DNA from: the human T2T-CHM13v2.0 reference genome, Homo sapiens
DNA length: 64,000 nt
Assembly: GCF_009914755.1 (NCBI RefSeq)
Contig: NC_060927.1
Direction: 5' to 3' (one strand)
The notes beneath the pieces are model-generated. The model ran no database searches and had not been told where the DNA came from. It saw only the letters and a list, made by a program, of their open reading frames with translations. Below are positions 45,333-60,309 of this stretch, in pieces. A program made the position numbers and the translations under genes. Position 1 is the stretch's first letter. Each line of letters opens with the position of its first letter.

Positions 45333-46514
45333 TGATAGGAAGGAATGAAAGGGGGTGCATAAGAATTCTTGAATGTTTTTTATTTAAAAAATTAATTCCT
45401 CACCATTACATATTGAACTATCTGCAGAAGGTGATTCCAATTTATTACATACCACCAAACTAGATCCCATCAATCTTGAGCAGTGGGGGTAGGGAGGTGG
45501 TTTTGAAGATGACATGAAATTTGGTGTTTGAGTAGATGAGATTTAATTTTCGGAAAACATTTCACTCATAAAACGGATATCAACCCAGTGTCAGCACTGA
45601 CCTCCTGATGTCAATGTCATCATGCAAGCATAGCTAAAATAAGCCTCAAAGTAAAACAAAGAAACATTGCATCTCAGCACAATACGATTTCTTCTCTTAC
45701 AGTATGTACTATCTATAGCCTTTTGGTATTCCTATTAATGGCTTGTTACTTTAAAATTTAGCTTTTGGAGGGGGAGGGAGAAGATAAATCATTTTGCATT
45801 TTCTGTGTTCTGAACGCATACAGTATGCTGCTGTAAGTCTTAGTATTATTTAGGTCAGTATCCTAAGGATAGCTTTAATCGTTCATGATGGTCAGCTATA
45901 CAGCCAGAGGAATTCAGCATCAATTTATTTTTCTGTTCTGATTTTATTCTGCTTCCAAGTTTTAAAAAATCCATTCACATTTTAATAAAATTCTGAGGCG
46001 GTATCTGCCGCTCTGTACTGCAGATACATTTAGCAGGATACATTTACACTGCTTGTGGTTAAAGGTTATAGCACGGATACAGACAGCTGATCATGCATTT
46101 TTCTACAAGCCTGCCGGCACCATTTAGGATTTTGAAAAATAATCTAGAAATGCTATACCCTTTATCAAAATTATTTTTTACTTTGCAAGAGCTTAACAGT
46201 TTTGGTTTTTTCTTAGCAATTCTATAAAATTAACATCTATAAAATGCATCCCGGACCAGATACATACTGTATTGAAAGCTTTCTTCAGGAAGAGAATATG
46301 AGAGTGTTCTTTCCAGCTTATTTTCTTCCTTAGCAAAAGGATTGTTTGATTCTCAGAAGCAGAAGGACACATTCATTGTGGAGCAGCTCTGCTTAAGTGT
46401 ATGAAATGCCTTCTGTCTGGTTGCAGAATTTGGAGTTTACTAAACAGTGTTTAGTGATTGGGCTCATCTTGCATCACCAGTTGATGACATTTTTCTTTGT
46501 TCCCTCCTACCCAG

Positions 46515-46580
46515 TTGAACCAAGACTCTGAGGCTGATATGCAATGTCACTTACAACATTAATCAGATACTGCATTTAAG
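46515..46580 (+). other. ZBTB38: ZBTB38 5'UTR exon (66 nt)
   Basis: Acceptor TTTTTCTTTGTTCCCTCCTACCCAG|TTG; donor AAG|GTGAGC. Confidence 0.8.
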
Positions 46581-49500
46581 GTGAGCTGTCCCTTGCCTCC
46601 TCCTTCCCCAGTGCTCGTGTGCTGCATGCAGTGCGTATCTTGCTTCTGCGAGCCTAAGATGGCAGGCAGGATTAGCCGTGCTTGTGCTGTGTGTGCATGC
46701 TGTGTCTAGAATTCATTACACGTTGCCTAGTATTTCAGATGTGAGTATGTAAATGCTCTGTATGCCATATCATCTGGTAGCGAAGACTTGTTTTTGCCTC
46801 ATTACAGCCTTAGATATTTCAACATCACCTTTCATTTCCAATTCATTTGCTTCTGGATGTTTGTTTTTCATCACATTCAAAATATGATTTTACCTTTTTT
46901 TTTTTAACAAAACCAAAACCCCCCACAAACCCTAAAAACAAAAACAACAACAACAAAACTCTGCTACCAGATGGTGTCTCTCCTTTCTTCGTGCATTTGC
47001 TGTCTTTTAAATAATGTATGTTGTATTGTTAATTAATGTGAATATCAAATTAAACACTTGAAACTTACATGTTTATTATGCAGGTAGGAGGCAAGGTGGA
47101 TTCTATTTTTAACTCTTATGCACTCCATCATGTGCAAGCAACTTGGGTTCTCAAATTTGTATTTTCAATGCTGGTATCAGTGGTTTGATTTTCAGCAAAT
47201 GTGACAGTGGCCTTTGCAGTGGTCAGCTCCGAGCTTTGAACTCTCAGAGGAGGAAGGGGAAAAAAATTCAACACACCACCTCCTTGGTTGCAGTCTCAGA
47301 AAAACCTTGGATGAGAAACTTCTTTTTTCAATCCTGTTTTCCTGTTGATAAATTCAGTTCTGTGATCACAGTTCATTCAAGCTGTTCTGCGTATGATTTT
47401 TGTGTGTATGTGACAATTGCATCTAAAACTTGTGAGCAAGAAGACAGAGAAATCAGTTGGTCTCCATCGCTTTACATAAAAATGGCTGAGTGTCTTGTCA
47501 TGCTAGCACTGCATTAAGTGATGCATACAGGTAGGTTGAAATTTGCATGTTTTTATAGTTTTTTTTGAGCCATGCAGCAAGAACATTAGATGCATTAGAA
47601 TATGACTTTTAAAAAAACAAAAATTAAATAAGACAGCTGTAATCTTTTGGGGGAGGGTTTTTAATTGGACAGCCTCTGCTATTCAGATAGTATATAAATG
47701 TATAGCTTTTACAAACTTAGTAAATGATTCTGCCATAAAAGGGAGATTTTTTTTAAAAAAAAATCATATATATGATAGGTGTGGTGCCATTAGACAACAA
47801 AAGAATTTTTTGAAAAGAGTGATGATTCAGCTCCATTTCAGCTTGAAACTAAAAATAAATGGGTTTCTGGAGATGATTTCAAAGAGCGTAAACAAGCTTA
47901 ATAAGAAACATTAAAAATATTTAAATTTTAAGAAGCGGTCTTTAAACGTGTTTATGAAAGATGAAAATAAAAACTGATATGCTTCCAAAATTAATTTTAG
48001 GTAATATACAAGAATACATTATATTATGTATATAATTTGGGGGGATGAGGAGTTACAATTTTTAAAGAGGGAAATATTAAATATAGATGGCCCTCTTAAA
48101 AGAAATAGAGCTTCACTAAATGAAACCGAGCCCCTAGAATGGTTCATTGCAGACCATATAGCTGTGGTTCTGGCACTTTTCAAAATAATTTCATGAGCTC
48201 TTTCTTTTGAACTTAACTTCTCAAATATATTTTAGTTTCAAATTTAACACTGGGCCAGAACCTGTTTCCTTGGTAACCAAATCGTATTTAAACATGTAAT
48301 AACAGATATGCAAAAGAATGTCTTTAAAAAGGAAACAAATGTTTAATGAAAAATTTACAGTTCTTTTTCCTCTCATATAGAATCTGAACTGGTTTTAGAT
48401 GGTTTTTAATGCAGTCTTCAAGCCTTAAAAATTAAGCCATGTTTCTAAACATATAGAGAAAGCTTGCACAGTGACAGCTTTTCTCTCCCTCCTTTGTGCT
48501 CAGTACTTTCAAAATTAAGGTTTTCTTTGCAGTATGCTCCAGAATGCAGGTCAAGGTTTGTGTACAGAGGTGTAGTTTCATTATCACAAGTTCACCAGCG
48601 CCACTGAAACAAAAGGTATTTCAGAAATTCTGAGAATCAGAAAATGCTTGTACTCTTGCCTTCCCTGATCCCTCCGTTGGTAACCTCAGTGCTGTCGGTA
48701 GAAAAGGACCCACATCCAAGCCTACCCCTCCAATGACAAGTGCACCCTGAACCTTTGTGGAAATATCTCTATAGGTGTGTTAGGAAGATGGTGCTAAACC
48801 TGAAACCTCCCCGAGGTTTGCTTCAATGTGAAGAACATTGAGATTCAAAACCATCTGTGTAAATGGCTGCTTTATTCTAGCAGTTTAACTAATATTCTAT
48901 TCCATAGCACTATCGTAGAATTGAACCTCTCTAATGGGCTGAAGGGTGGTGGTGGTTGTTGTCATGTTGTTTTGTGGCCAACTAAAATATTTTGCTTGGA
49001 GTCTTTCTCTGGTTCAATTATTTTGGAACGTGATTCATCTCATACTGATTTTGTTCTCCAGGCTTGCCATGAAATACCCTTCCTGCAACACCTTTTTTTT
49101 TTTTTTTTTTGGCTGTTGGGAGCCATTTTCCTTCTTGCCTGTGACTTTAAATGACTAAGTACATTTTGAATATAGTATCAATCAGAAGATTGTAAACTGA
49201 AGGGAAATATCAGAAACCTGATTCAATATTGCCTATTTTTTTTAGTACCAACAGCATTAACAGTTGCAATAGGATCAAGCTAATTGTCATTCGCTCTTGA
49301 GCAAATAATGAGCCAGGCATTTATAATTAAAACACTACTGCTAGTCAGAAAGCTTATAACTACAATGTCTTCTATTTTGATAGGCCAGTACAAAGTAATC
49401 ATTTTGCACCTATTTGAATCTTAATTACAAGATTAGATGGATGCAATGCAATTGTTTTACCATTAAAATGAATGCCTGATAGATTCAACAGTGTATTTCT

Positions 49501-50394
49501 TCTTTATAGAATGTCGATTCTTTTGTTTGTGACTCAAGCATGGTTGCGTCATCTTGTAGATTTTCATACTTAATGGCGTTTTTTTGTGGCATTATTCACT
49601 TATGTTGCTCTTAGTCTTGCCTAAAAGAATTTTAAACCCAATTCAAGGATCTAGAAAGCCAAATAAGATTGTTGGGAAGTGTATCGTACCATCGTCATTC
49701 TAATAAATAAACCAGTGAATAGAATAATAATTACTATATATTACTTCGTTGTGTTTCACCTTAATACTTTGCCTTCATATTTCACAGCAATCTTGACAAG
49801 GCACAAAGCTTTCCTAAACTTACCCATTTACAATTATTATTGAATTTCCAAGATTAGCTGAAAATGCTTCTTGATGATTGTAGAGGATGGCACTTACCCC
49901 ATCTCATTGTTTGAAAAGCTATCCTGAACCCATTTACACTTTTTGGCTCCGGTATTTTTACTGGGCAGGCCAGAGCAGGTGTGACAGCAAGACTGTGCAA
50001 ACAATTGCACTGTTCTCACCAAAACAAAATGGGCAAATATGTGGTTTTCTGTTGGAATGATTTATAATATAAAATACTATAATATTTATAATACTATAAT
50101 ACCAAGATTGCATCTCTTGCCATAATACTAGAGTGGTATTGATCTACCCCATCCATTTCCATGGATCCCCCGGAGATGGACTGGGAATCAGACTATGACT
50201 TAGAGCCTCTTCACTGTTATGTGAGAAGAATCTAGAAAGAGATCTAGCACTTTCTCTTTAGTACTAGGTCATGCTAAGTCTTTAAGTTCCTGGTACCATG
50301 TGGTTCATTCTAACAGCTCCTTTCCAAGGGAAATCCTGTTCTTAACAGCTCTCTTGGTAAATAAACAGTCAACACATTTATTGAGCATCTGCTA

Positions 50395-50835
<441 letters not shown>

Positions 50836-53618
50836 AGTGAGGGTTATGTGGTTCTAGGGAGGAGAGCCACTTTAAAATGGTTGATCAGAATGTTCTGAGG
50901 ATGTAGCATTTAAGTGAAGATCGTGTGCTGAGAAGGATCTAGTCAGGTGAAGATCTGACGTGGGGCATTACCAGGAGAGGAGTGCTCATGCTCAGCCTTC
51001 AAACTTTCCTTTCTTTGTGTAAATGTTGCTATCTCAGAGCCAGGTCTGACAGTTTCAAGGACTGAGGCTTAACTTAGGTAAGCTTCCCCTACAGTAAGAG
51101 GATGGCCCAGGTCCCTGTGACTGGTTTTAGCCAGTCAAACTCCCAGAGTCTGGTACTCATGGGGTCATTGCCTTTGACCCCGTCACGACCCTGAAACTGC
51201 TTCAGAAGGTAGAGTACATTGCAGTGCTAGGTGGTGATGAAATTCTGGCACAGATTCAGTGTCAACCCAAGAAATGCACAGAAGAAAGACCTCTCAGAGT
51301 AGAGAAATTTCTGAGAAGCCTCTTGCTTTATTTTTCATAAGAATTCTGGAATTTAAACCAATGGCAAAACATTGAGATAGTCATTGAATTTTTTTCAAAG
51401 GCAAAATGGTGGAAGGGTTTGTCTCATCTCATCTCATCTGGCCAGTAGATTGTCTTAGTCCTAAAATGCCTCCCATCAGAGTGAAGTTTTTTTCAGGTTT
51501 TGCTAAAACGCTTCAGCTCTGCACACATCTTTGCCTGTTGGTGGCTTTCTAAAGAACTAGTGAGGTTTTTTTTCCTCTATTAGAGCAAGTCATTCTTTAA
51601 AAAATTCTTCTTAAGAACCAGAACTCTTTCATGCTTTTCAGGTTATTCTGTTGACAAAGGTCAGGGAACAAAGGGAGAAGTTTGCTATGTGAGTTAGAAA
51701 CTATAAGGCTCTTTTGAGCCTTCTAAACATTTCAGAAGCACCGTCTAAAATTGATTCATTACTTAGCTGACTTTGCTTATCACAGTAGAGGCGGCCTGGC
51801 TGGCATGTTATACTTCGTTGGGTTTTGAGAGGCCCTGAAACATTCCACAACATGAAGACAAGCTTGTTCGGTTCCTTTGTAGTAGAGTGGGGAAGGGGGC
51901 TGGTGGTAAAGGGGCTCTCTGCCCATTAGTGGGGAAGGGGACTGCAACAATTCAGTTTACTTCTTTGAGCATTTGTTGAGCATCTGCTATGTGCCAAACA
52001 CTGCTATAAGCCAAGCAGAATGAAATATGACATAGTCCCCCTATGAAACTGCAGTCCAGGTTCCCACACAAGGGTAGAGCATTGTATGGACAAGTACAAT
52101 TGTGTATCCTCCCTGTTCCAGGAAGAAATAAATGGCATGCTGTTCTCTTAATGGCCTTTTATACTGTTCGCTAGAGGCCATCCCTCAGTTTGGGGCATTT
52201 CAGCTGATGACAAGGACAGTTCTTCACTTGGACTTTGTGTCTTGACCTCACCACCTTCCCGAGATGTCTTGGCTCCTAATAAGCCACCGTATGTCTGGCT
52301 GCCCTTCTTCAAGCTGGTCCGCCTGCATTGCCAGGTGACCTCAATAACGGCTGCCACTTTTGCATTCATGAGCAGATGTTAAGTTGAGAAGCCCTCAAAT
52401 GCAAAAATTTGAATTTGTGATGTAGGCAAGATGTTTTTGCTTTCTTACCTTCCCTGGTTGACAGTGGGGGGTCTCCATGCTGGCTGTTCTGCAGAAGGCT
52501 TTCCGGGCAGCAGGTAAATCAGAGACCAGTTGCAAAATCAATTGTCTTTGTTAGGTGATCCCAGCATGCCACTGCCTTAGCCTAAATGTCTCATTGACCA
52601 GAAAATTGCTCTTTTGATCTCATAACTCATTTTGCACTTTTTCCCCCTTAATGTTCTCCTTGCTTCTGCAGCAATTCCTGCTCAGGGTTCAAGACTGAAC
52701 ACTCCCTATGTTTGGCCTGTGGAGGGAGTTTGTTTTCTGGTGCTGTTTGGTTTGAAAATTGCCAGTGTAAATATTCTTTCTGTGCTCATGAAAAGCAGTG
52801 GAGGCTTTCATTATATGCTTTCTACAATAAAACAATCCTCTTCCTTACTCTGTGGTCATTGCTGCCAAATGGATATTTTGAAATTTCTTTTCCTCTTGCT
52901 TGCTAAAATCTCCCACCCTGTCTGAGGCCTTGCTCTAATTAAGGCCTGACAGTCCTGCCGACCTTCCCCAGCGCTGAGCATGACGTAGAGTCCCTGCCCT
53001 GAGGGCCTTACAAGCCAGTGAAGCCAGAAAACAAAAGCCACCAGCTGAGAGTGTGGTTAAATCCCAGAAGGGCAGTGCCCTTGTCATTTTTTTTTCCTTT
53101 TCTCTTGTTTCTTGAACTGAGGAAGGGAAGAGAGGAACCTGGAGCAGGGAAAGGAAGGAACTACACCATGGAAAGATTCTCTGAAGTACTCAGGGTACTG
53201 GGGAACAGTGCGGAAGAGAATGGGGTGGTCATCTGGGAAGCAAAATGGGGAGCTGGCTGTAGATAGAGAGGGCAGCATGGGGGCAGGGTGAGGATGCAGA
53301 AGATAAGAAAGAGGGAACAAAGGAAGCAGTCAGGAGGCAGCCAGGGGGACAAAAGGAGATGCCGCTCTGCTGCGCCATGGAGCTGGGGGAACAAGGTACC
53401 AGGGAGAAAGTGGGAAGGGGTTGCAACTAGAAAAAGAAGGCTCAGGAGAGACCTTAAATGCAGGTTGCAGGCCTACGGCATACAGACTGGGTGCTATGAT
53501 GTACTCTCTGGCTTCGCTCATAATGTTGGCCTTGCTACTTAATGGCCCCACGTTGGCGATTGTGAAGCGCCTACAGATTGATGTCCTTAAAGGTGATTTA
53601 TTTACTACAGAGTCATAA

Positions 53619-53958
<340 letters not shown>

Positions 53959-54709
53959 TGAACTTTCCATTTCTCTCCCAAGTCTCCTATTCTACATGCT
54001 GAGGATGCCAGAGGGTCCCCTTACCACCACTCCTCACCACCCCCTACCACCCTCCTCCCCATCACTGTACTAGATCTGAATTAAACATTAAATGAAATAA
54101 GCAGACTTTTTATTCATGCTATGTGATCAAGTGCTTTTGGTCATCTACAAAGCACAGACTGAAGACCTACCCAAAATACTTGCTGTACACTGCAGATTTT
54201 AGAAATTATTTTCCCCAAAGTCAGGTTGCCCACTGCAGGCATGCTAGTTTGCTCTGGGAGCCCCCAGAGCCTTCCTCTTCCTTCCTTCACCAGCCTATCC
54301 AGCCCCTAGTCTGAGTGCCTGTGGAGCCATCCTCAAAGGATATTCTGATTGTTTGAATCGCTTGGTCTCCAGGAGAACCACACCTGGCTGGCATACCAGC
54401 ATTTAGCACTGCATCATCCCTGTACTTCCTGCTAAGCTCTTATGGGAATCTGAACTACACGTTTCTGTTGCCTTATTGATTTTAGACTCTATACTCTATC
54501 TTTGAGGGAATCATGGCCCAGAGAAGATGGGACTTCTTAAGGTCTCTCGGAGAGTTAAGTGGTGGAATGAAACCAGGCATGACTCCTAGACCAGTGCTCT
54601 TTTGACTAAAGCTGCCTTGAGGTCACAGGGAAAGCCCAAATTCTAAACCAGAGGCTGACAAACTTTTTCTGTAAAGAATCAGACAGCAAATACTTTAGGC
54701 TTTATGGCA

Positions 54710-55138
54710 TGAAAAAACAAATTTTCAACAAATTGAGTTTAAAGATCTACTTGGTTTTTATTAGCAATTCGTGAATCAGGCAGCACGCTATCTATAACAA
54801 ATAGGAAGGTATTCTGTTGGGCATGGCAGAACAATTGGTTTTTATAAGGTAGCTTAGGCAGGAACAAGGAAATAACATAATACAAAAAGCAGATTGGTTA
54901 ACATCAGGTTACTGCAGGTAATTTTCCTTATAAAGGTTAAAGCAGAGGGGACTGCTTTATCATTCTGGCTAAAATTGGCCTATTATCTCTCTCCTAATTT
55001 CTCAAGTCGGATAAACAACTTCATTTCAGTTTGGTGATGTGGAACTTTAGCGTGAGTGACTCCATTTTGGTTTGGTCTCTTGGGGCTTAGTGCAGGAGCC
55101 AGTCTAAATCAATGGCCTTCTATACATTTAGTTTAACA
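54710..55138 (-). mobile_element. ERV1-class solo LTR (MER57-like; subfamily uncertain)
   Basis: TG...CA termini; minus strand begins TGTTAAACTAAATG...GGCCATTG...AAAATGGAGTCACTC. Confidence 0.65.
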
Positions 55139-55374
55139 GTGGGTCAAGACAAAACTGAAGATACTTCGTAGGTATTTATATAACAAGTGACAAAGCAAAT
55201 TTTCATAAATTTTGTATTATGAAATTCAAAATACAATAATATATAATATTAAGTATAGTAATAATGATATACTATCATTCACAGATACAGAAATGAATGA
55301 ATGTGACTGTGTCTCAAAACTTCACTTATAAACTCTAAAATCTGCATTTCATATAATTTTCACATCATGAAATA

Positions 55375-57706
55375 CTGGCATACCTCAGATGTCACAGGTT
55401 CGGTTCCAGGCTACTTCAATAAAGCGAATGTTGCAATAAAGCAAGGTGCACAAACTTTTTAGTTTCCCGGTGCATATAAAAGTTGTGTTTGCATTATACT
55501 GTAGTCTATTAAGTGTGTAGTACCATTATGCCTTAAAAATGTATATACCTTAGTTTAAAAATAATTTGTTGCTAAAATATGCTACTGATGTCTGAGCCTT
55601 CAGCAAGTCATAATCTGTCTGCAGATGGAGGGTCTTGCCTGGATGTTGAAGGCTGCTGACTAATCAGTGTTGTGTTGCTGAAGGTTGGGGTGGCGATTTC
55701 TTAAAATAAAACAACAGTGAAGTTTACTGCATTTATTGACTTTCACAAAAGATTTCTCTTTAGTTTGTGGCACTGTTTGATAGCATTTTACCCACAGTAG
55801 AAATTTCTTTCAAAAGTAGAGTCAGTCTTCTGAAACTTTGTCCTTGCTTCATCAACTAAATTTATGTAATATCATATATCCTTTGTTGTCATTTCAACAA
55901 GGTTCACAGTGTCTTCACCTGGAATAGATTCCACCTCAAGAAACCAGTTTCTTTGCTCATCCATAAGAAGCAACTCCTCATCTGATCAAGTTTTATAATA
56001 AGATTGCAGAAATTCAGTCTCATCTTTAGGCTCCACTTCTAGTTCTTATGCTATTTCCACCACATCTGCAGTTACTTCCTCCACTGAAGTCTTGAATCTC
56101 TCAAAGTCATCCATGAGGGTTGGAACCAACATCTTCCAAACTCCTGGTAATGTTGATATTTTGACCTCCTTCCATTAATCATGAATGTTCTTAATGGCAT
56201 CTAGAATGGTGAATCCTTTCCCAAAGGTTTTCAATTTGCTTTGCCCAGATCCATCAGAGCAATCACTGTCTATGGCAGTTATAGCCTTATGAAATATATT
56301 TTTAATAAGACTTGAAAGTCAAAATTATTCTTTGATCAGGACTACAGAATGGATGTTGTGTTAGCAGGCATGAAAACAACATTTATCTCCTTGTACATGT
56401 CCATCACAGTTCTTGGGTGACCAGGTATATTGTCAATGAGCAGTAATATTTTGAAAGAAATCTTTTCTCTGAGCAGTAGGTCTCAACAGTGGGCTTAAAA
56501 TATTCACTAAACTAGATCTGCTGTCATCTAGTCATTGTTGTTCCATTAATAGAGTACAGGCAGAGTAGATTCAGCATAATTCTTAAAGGTCCTAGGATTT
56601 TCATAATGGTCAATGGGCACTGGCTTCAACTTAAAGTCACCAGCTTCATAAGCCCCTAATTGAAGTTTTGAAGCCAGGCATTGATTTCTCCTCTCTATTT
56701 ATGAAAGTCCTAGGTGACATCTCCTTCCAATAGAAGGCTGTTTTGTCTACATAGGAAATCTGTTGTTTAATGTAGCCACCTTCATCAATTGTCTTAGCTA
56801 GATCTTCTGGATAACTTGCTGTAGCATCCACATCAGCACTTACTTCACTTTGCACTTTTATGTTATGGAGACAGCTTCTTTTTCACACTTCATGAACCAA
56901 CCTCTGCTTGCTCCACATTTTTCTTCTGCAGCTTCCTTACCTCTCCTAGTCTTCCTAGAATTGAGGAGAGTTAGGGCCTCACTCTGGATTAGGCTTCGGC
57001 TAAAGGGAATGTTGTGGCTCGTTTGATCCTGTATCCTGACCACTCATTCTTTCTCCAGATCAGCAATAAGGCTTTCTTATCATTTCCGTGTTCATTGGAG
57101 TATCCCTTTTAATTTCCTTCAGGAGCTTTTCCTTACAACTTGGCTAAATGCTTAGCACAAGAGGGCTAGCTTTTGGCCTGTCTTGACTTTCGACATACCT
57201 TCCTCATGAAGCTTAATCATTTCTAGCTTTTGATTTAAAGTGAGAAATGCTCAATTCTTCCTTTCACTTGAACACTTAGAGGCCATTGTAAGGTTAATTG
57301 GCCTAATTTCAGTATTTTTGTAGATGAGGAAATATGGAGGCCCAAGGAGAGGAAGAGAGGTAGGGAATGGCCAGTCAGTGGAACAGTCAGAACATAAACA
57401 TTTATCAATAAAGTTCGCCATCTTATATGGGCGTGGTTCATGGCACCCCAAAGCAATTACAATAGTACCATCAAAGATCACTGATCACAGATCACTATAA
57501 CACATATAATGATAATGGAAAAGTTTGAAATATTGTGAGAATTACTAAAATGTGACACTGAGACACAAAGTGAGCACATGCTATTAGGAAAATGGCACCA
57601 GTCAGACTTGCTTGACTCAGGGTTGCCAGAAACTTTCAACCTGTAAAAAAAGACGCAGTATCTACAAACCCGATAAAGTGGAGTGCAATAAAACGAGCTA
57701 TGTTTA
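55375..57706 (-). mobile_element. Near full-length Tigger1 (TcMar-Tigger) DNA transposon, inactive
   Basis: Degenerate TIRs (CTGGCATACCTC / GAGCTATGTTTA) flanked by TA. Transposase fragments on the - strand (ASRGWFMK; [18 protein letters not shown]), broken by stops and frameshifts. Confidence 0.9.
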
Positions 57707-58169
57707 TATTCTCCTTTTGATTTTTTCCCAATAATTAAAAAATGTATAAACTATTCTTAGCTTGTAGGCCACACAAAAACAGGTATCAGGCCAGATGTGG
57801 CCCGAGGGACCAAATGGGTTTTGCAGGCCCATTTTCTAATTGGAAACCTGTAAACTGGGGCCCTATTGGCCAGATTCAGTCCACCTGTGTGTTTGTTTCA
57901 CTTCTAACAATGTTTTTAGTTGAATGAGTCGCCAATATTTTTGTTTCTTGGTTTTAAAATGATTATTACCTTTTTTTTTCAAATTATAAAAGTAGTATAT
58001 CCCTATTATGAGGTAATTTGGAGTGTTGAACATTTTGGCCTTTTATCTACGCATGGTGCATTTTTTAATTGTTGAGATAGTATTTTATAGACAAACTATG
58101 TATCTTCTTGTCTACTTAACATCCTAGCAGAAGCATTTTATGTCATTTTAAATACTTTTATTAACATAA

Positions 58170-58780
58170 CCTTTTAAAACTTTATGAAAATCTTAAACAT
58201 ATGTAGTAGAGGCTAGTTTAATGAACCCTCAGTTCTTTGACAATTATCAGCTGCTAGGCAATCTTGTTTCATGTAAATCTCCTTCTGTATTTTTTTTTGC
58301 ACTGTTCTTGTAACACTTCTATAAGTTTGAAATATTTTGAAATAAAAGTTTTAGAAATGTAGATTACTTTTAAAATATATTTTTTAAATGTGGATTACTA
58401 AAAAAGAAAAATAACCACAGTACTAGACCACACCAACAAAGAACAATAATTCCTTAATAACATCAAAACATCATAGCATTCAAAAAATGAGAGGTCATCT
58501 TTTAAAAAACCAATTTATTTGTTCAAGGCTCAAATCCAAAGAAAGTCCATACAGTGCAATTGACACTATTAAATTTCATTTAATTTATAGGTTTCTCTCC
58601 TCTCTTTTTTTCCTTGCTATTGCTGTAAAATTTTGTTGAAGAAACTGTAGTTTCCTCCTATCTGAAATTTGGTGATTACCTCCCTTGGTGCTGTTCTGTG
58701 TGTTTCTCTATCTCAGAGATTTCCTGTAACTTGGGAGTTACATCTAGAGCCTTGATCAGATTTATATTCCTTTTTTTTTT
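58170..58780 (-). mobile_element. Old L1M(C/E) 3' fragment
   Basis: AACAATAATTCCTTAATAACATC; CATCTAGAGCCTTGATCAGATT. Confidence 0.55.
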
Positions 58781-60309
58781 TTTAAGTAGTCAACATTTCA
58801 TAGATTTTATATAAAAATCCTGATTTAGACTCCCTTAGGAAGTGCTGCAGATCTGGCATTTCCACCTGGCAACAATTGGTCGGGGTTGGGTAGCCACCAT
58901 CCCCATTCCCCACCTCCCAACCCCATTTAGGTGGGACTTGAATTCTCCTGCAGGCCAAAATTCATGCCACTTCCCATAAGCAGTTTCACACATTTATCTG
59001 CCTGGCTCCCACGGGCATGGGAAGTTGACACCTCTATTCTAAACATTGCCTCTTCAAGGGCTTTGGTAGATTTACTACCAAACACACACATCACACACAA
59101 CAAGTAGCCTTTCAAGAATGTAGTAGAGATGAGAAAAAATGATTTGGAAAGAGACTTCCTTAAAGTGCTTGAAGGGAAAGAGATAAGCAGCCAAATTAGG
59201 GGAGGCCAAGTTATAGAATTTGGTGAGAACCCAGGTTGAGGGAAAGAGGAAAAAAAGTAAAACCACGAATTAAATTAACAGAGTGCTGCTAGTATGAGAG
59301 TTGGAATGAGTTAACAGATTCCTAACCAATAGTAGGAAACAAAGACAGCAAGCAGGTTTAAAAAAGATACTTTAGTCTTTTAATATATTATAATATTGAA
59401 ACCTTAAAGAGAAGACGTTAGTAAGTGTTAAACTGGCCAAGAGTCCTAGTCAGAAGGTGCAAGCAGGCAGTTGTAGGATAACAGAAACCTGTGTGGAGAT
59501 TAAATGAATGAGGTAGGAAAGCCTTCTAGAAAAGGCCCCTGGAAAAGGATAAGGAAGCATATTGTGGGAATAGTGAAGAACTGGTGGAAATTTAAGAATT
59601 TAAGAGAGGAGATAATCTTGAAAGTCTTGCTTTTTTTTTTTTTTTTTTTTTTGCAAATGTATTGAAATGAGAAGTATTATAAAGATAGAGGAAACACATC
59701 ATGTTTAGTGGTCTTGAAAATGATAAACTTTTACAGAAAAGAAAATAATTATGACAACTTGGGCCCTTCCTGGAAATTTCCAGATAGTTCCCCATACTCA
59801 GAAGAATGATTAAGAGAGAGAATCTGTGACTGGTTATGAGGAAGGATGGAAAATTTTGAAGAACGGGTTGATTATGTAATTTTTAGACTGTGTTGTTTAA
59901 AACTGTTGCTGTGATATTTTAGTTATTAATAACAATTTGGGGAAATCTAGCCACTTCTGGAGAAACATTTGGCTCTAATAAGAAAGAAATGCCACTGTTT
60001 GTGAATTCCCAAGTGGATGTAAAGACCCATTCACTTGCTAAGCCTCTTAGGAAACCCAGAGCCGGTTTTACCCTTAACAAGCTGTTGACAGAGTCTGGTC
60101 AAGGTACCACCTGGAACATGTTAACAATACAAAAAAGTGGATATGGATTCAGACCTGTGTTTCAATCCCTTTATGTCACTCACCATGTGACCCTGGCAGA
60201 TTACCCATGGAAAATTTCTAGGGTGTAAAGGTTGTTTTACACACAGTAGCTATGATTCTCACTGTTTGGATGGTAGGAACTTAGAACTCTGAATACTTAA
60301 CTTCCAGTA

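Larger units (their letters stand above)
54649..57830 (+). mobile_element. MER58-type hAT-Charlie MITE split into three pieces (54649-54709, 55139-55374, 57709-57830)
   Basis: 5' CAGAGGCTGACAAACTTTTTCTGTAAAG and 3' AGGCCAGATGTGGCCC ends. Confidence 0.7.

Noticed and set aside
56646-57481. Transposase-like ORFs (possible TIGD-like domesticated gene)
   Set aside because: Fragmented by stops and frameshifts; an ordinary decayed Tigger1.
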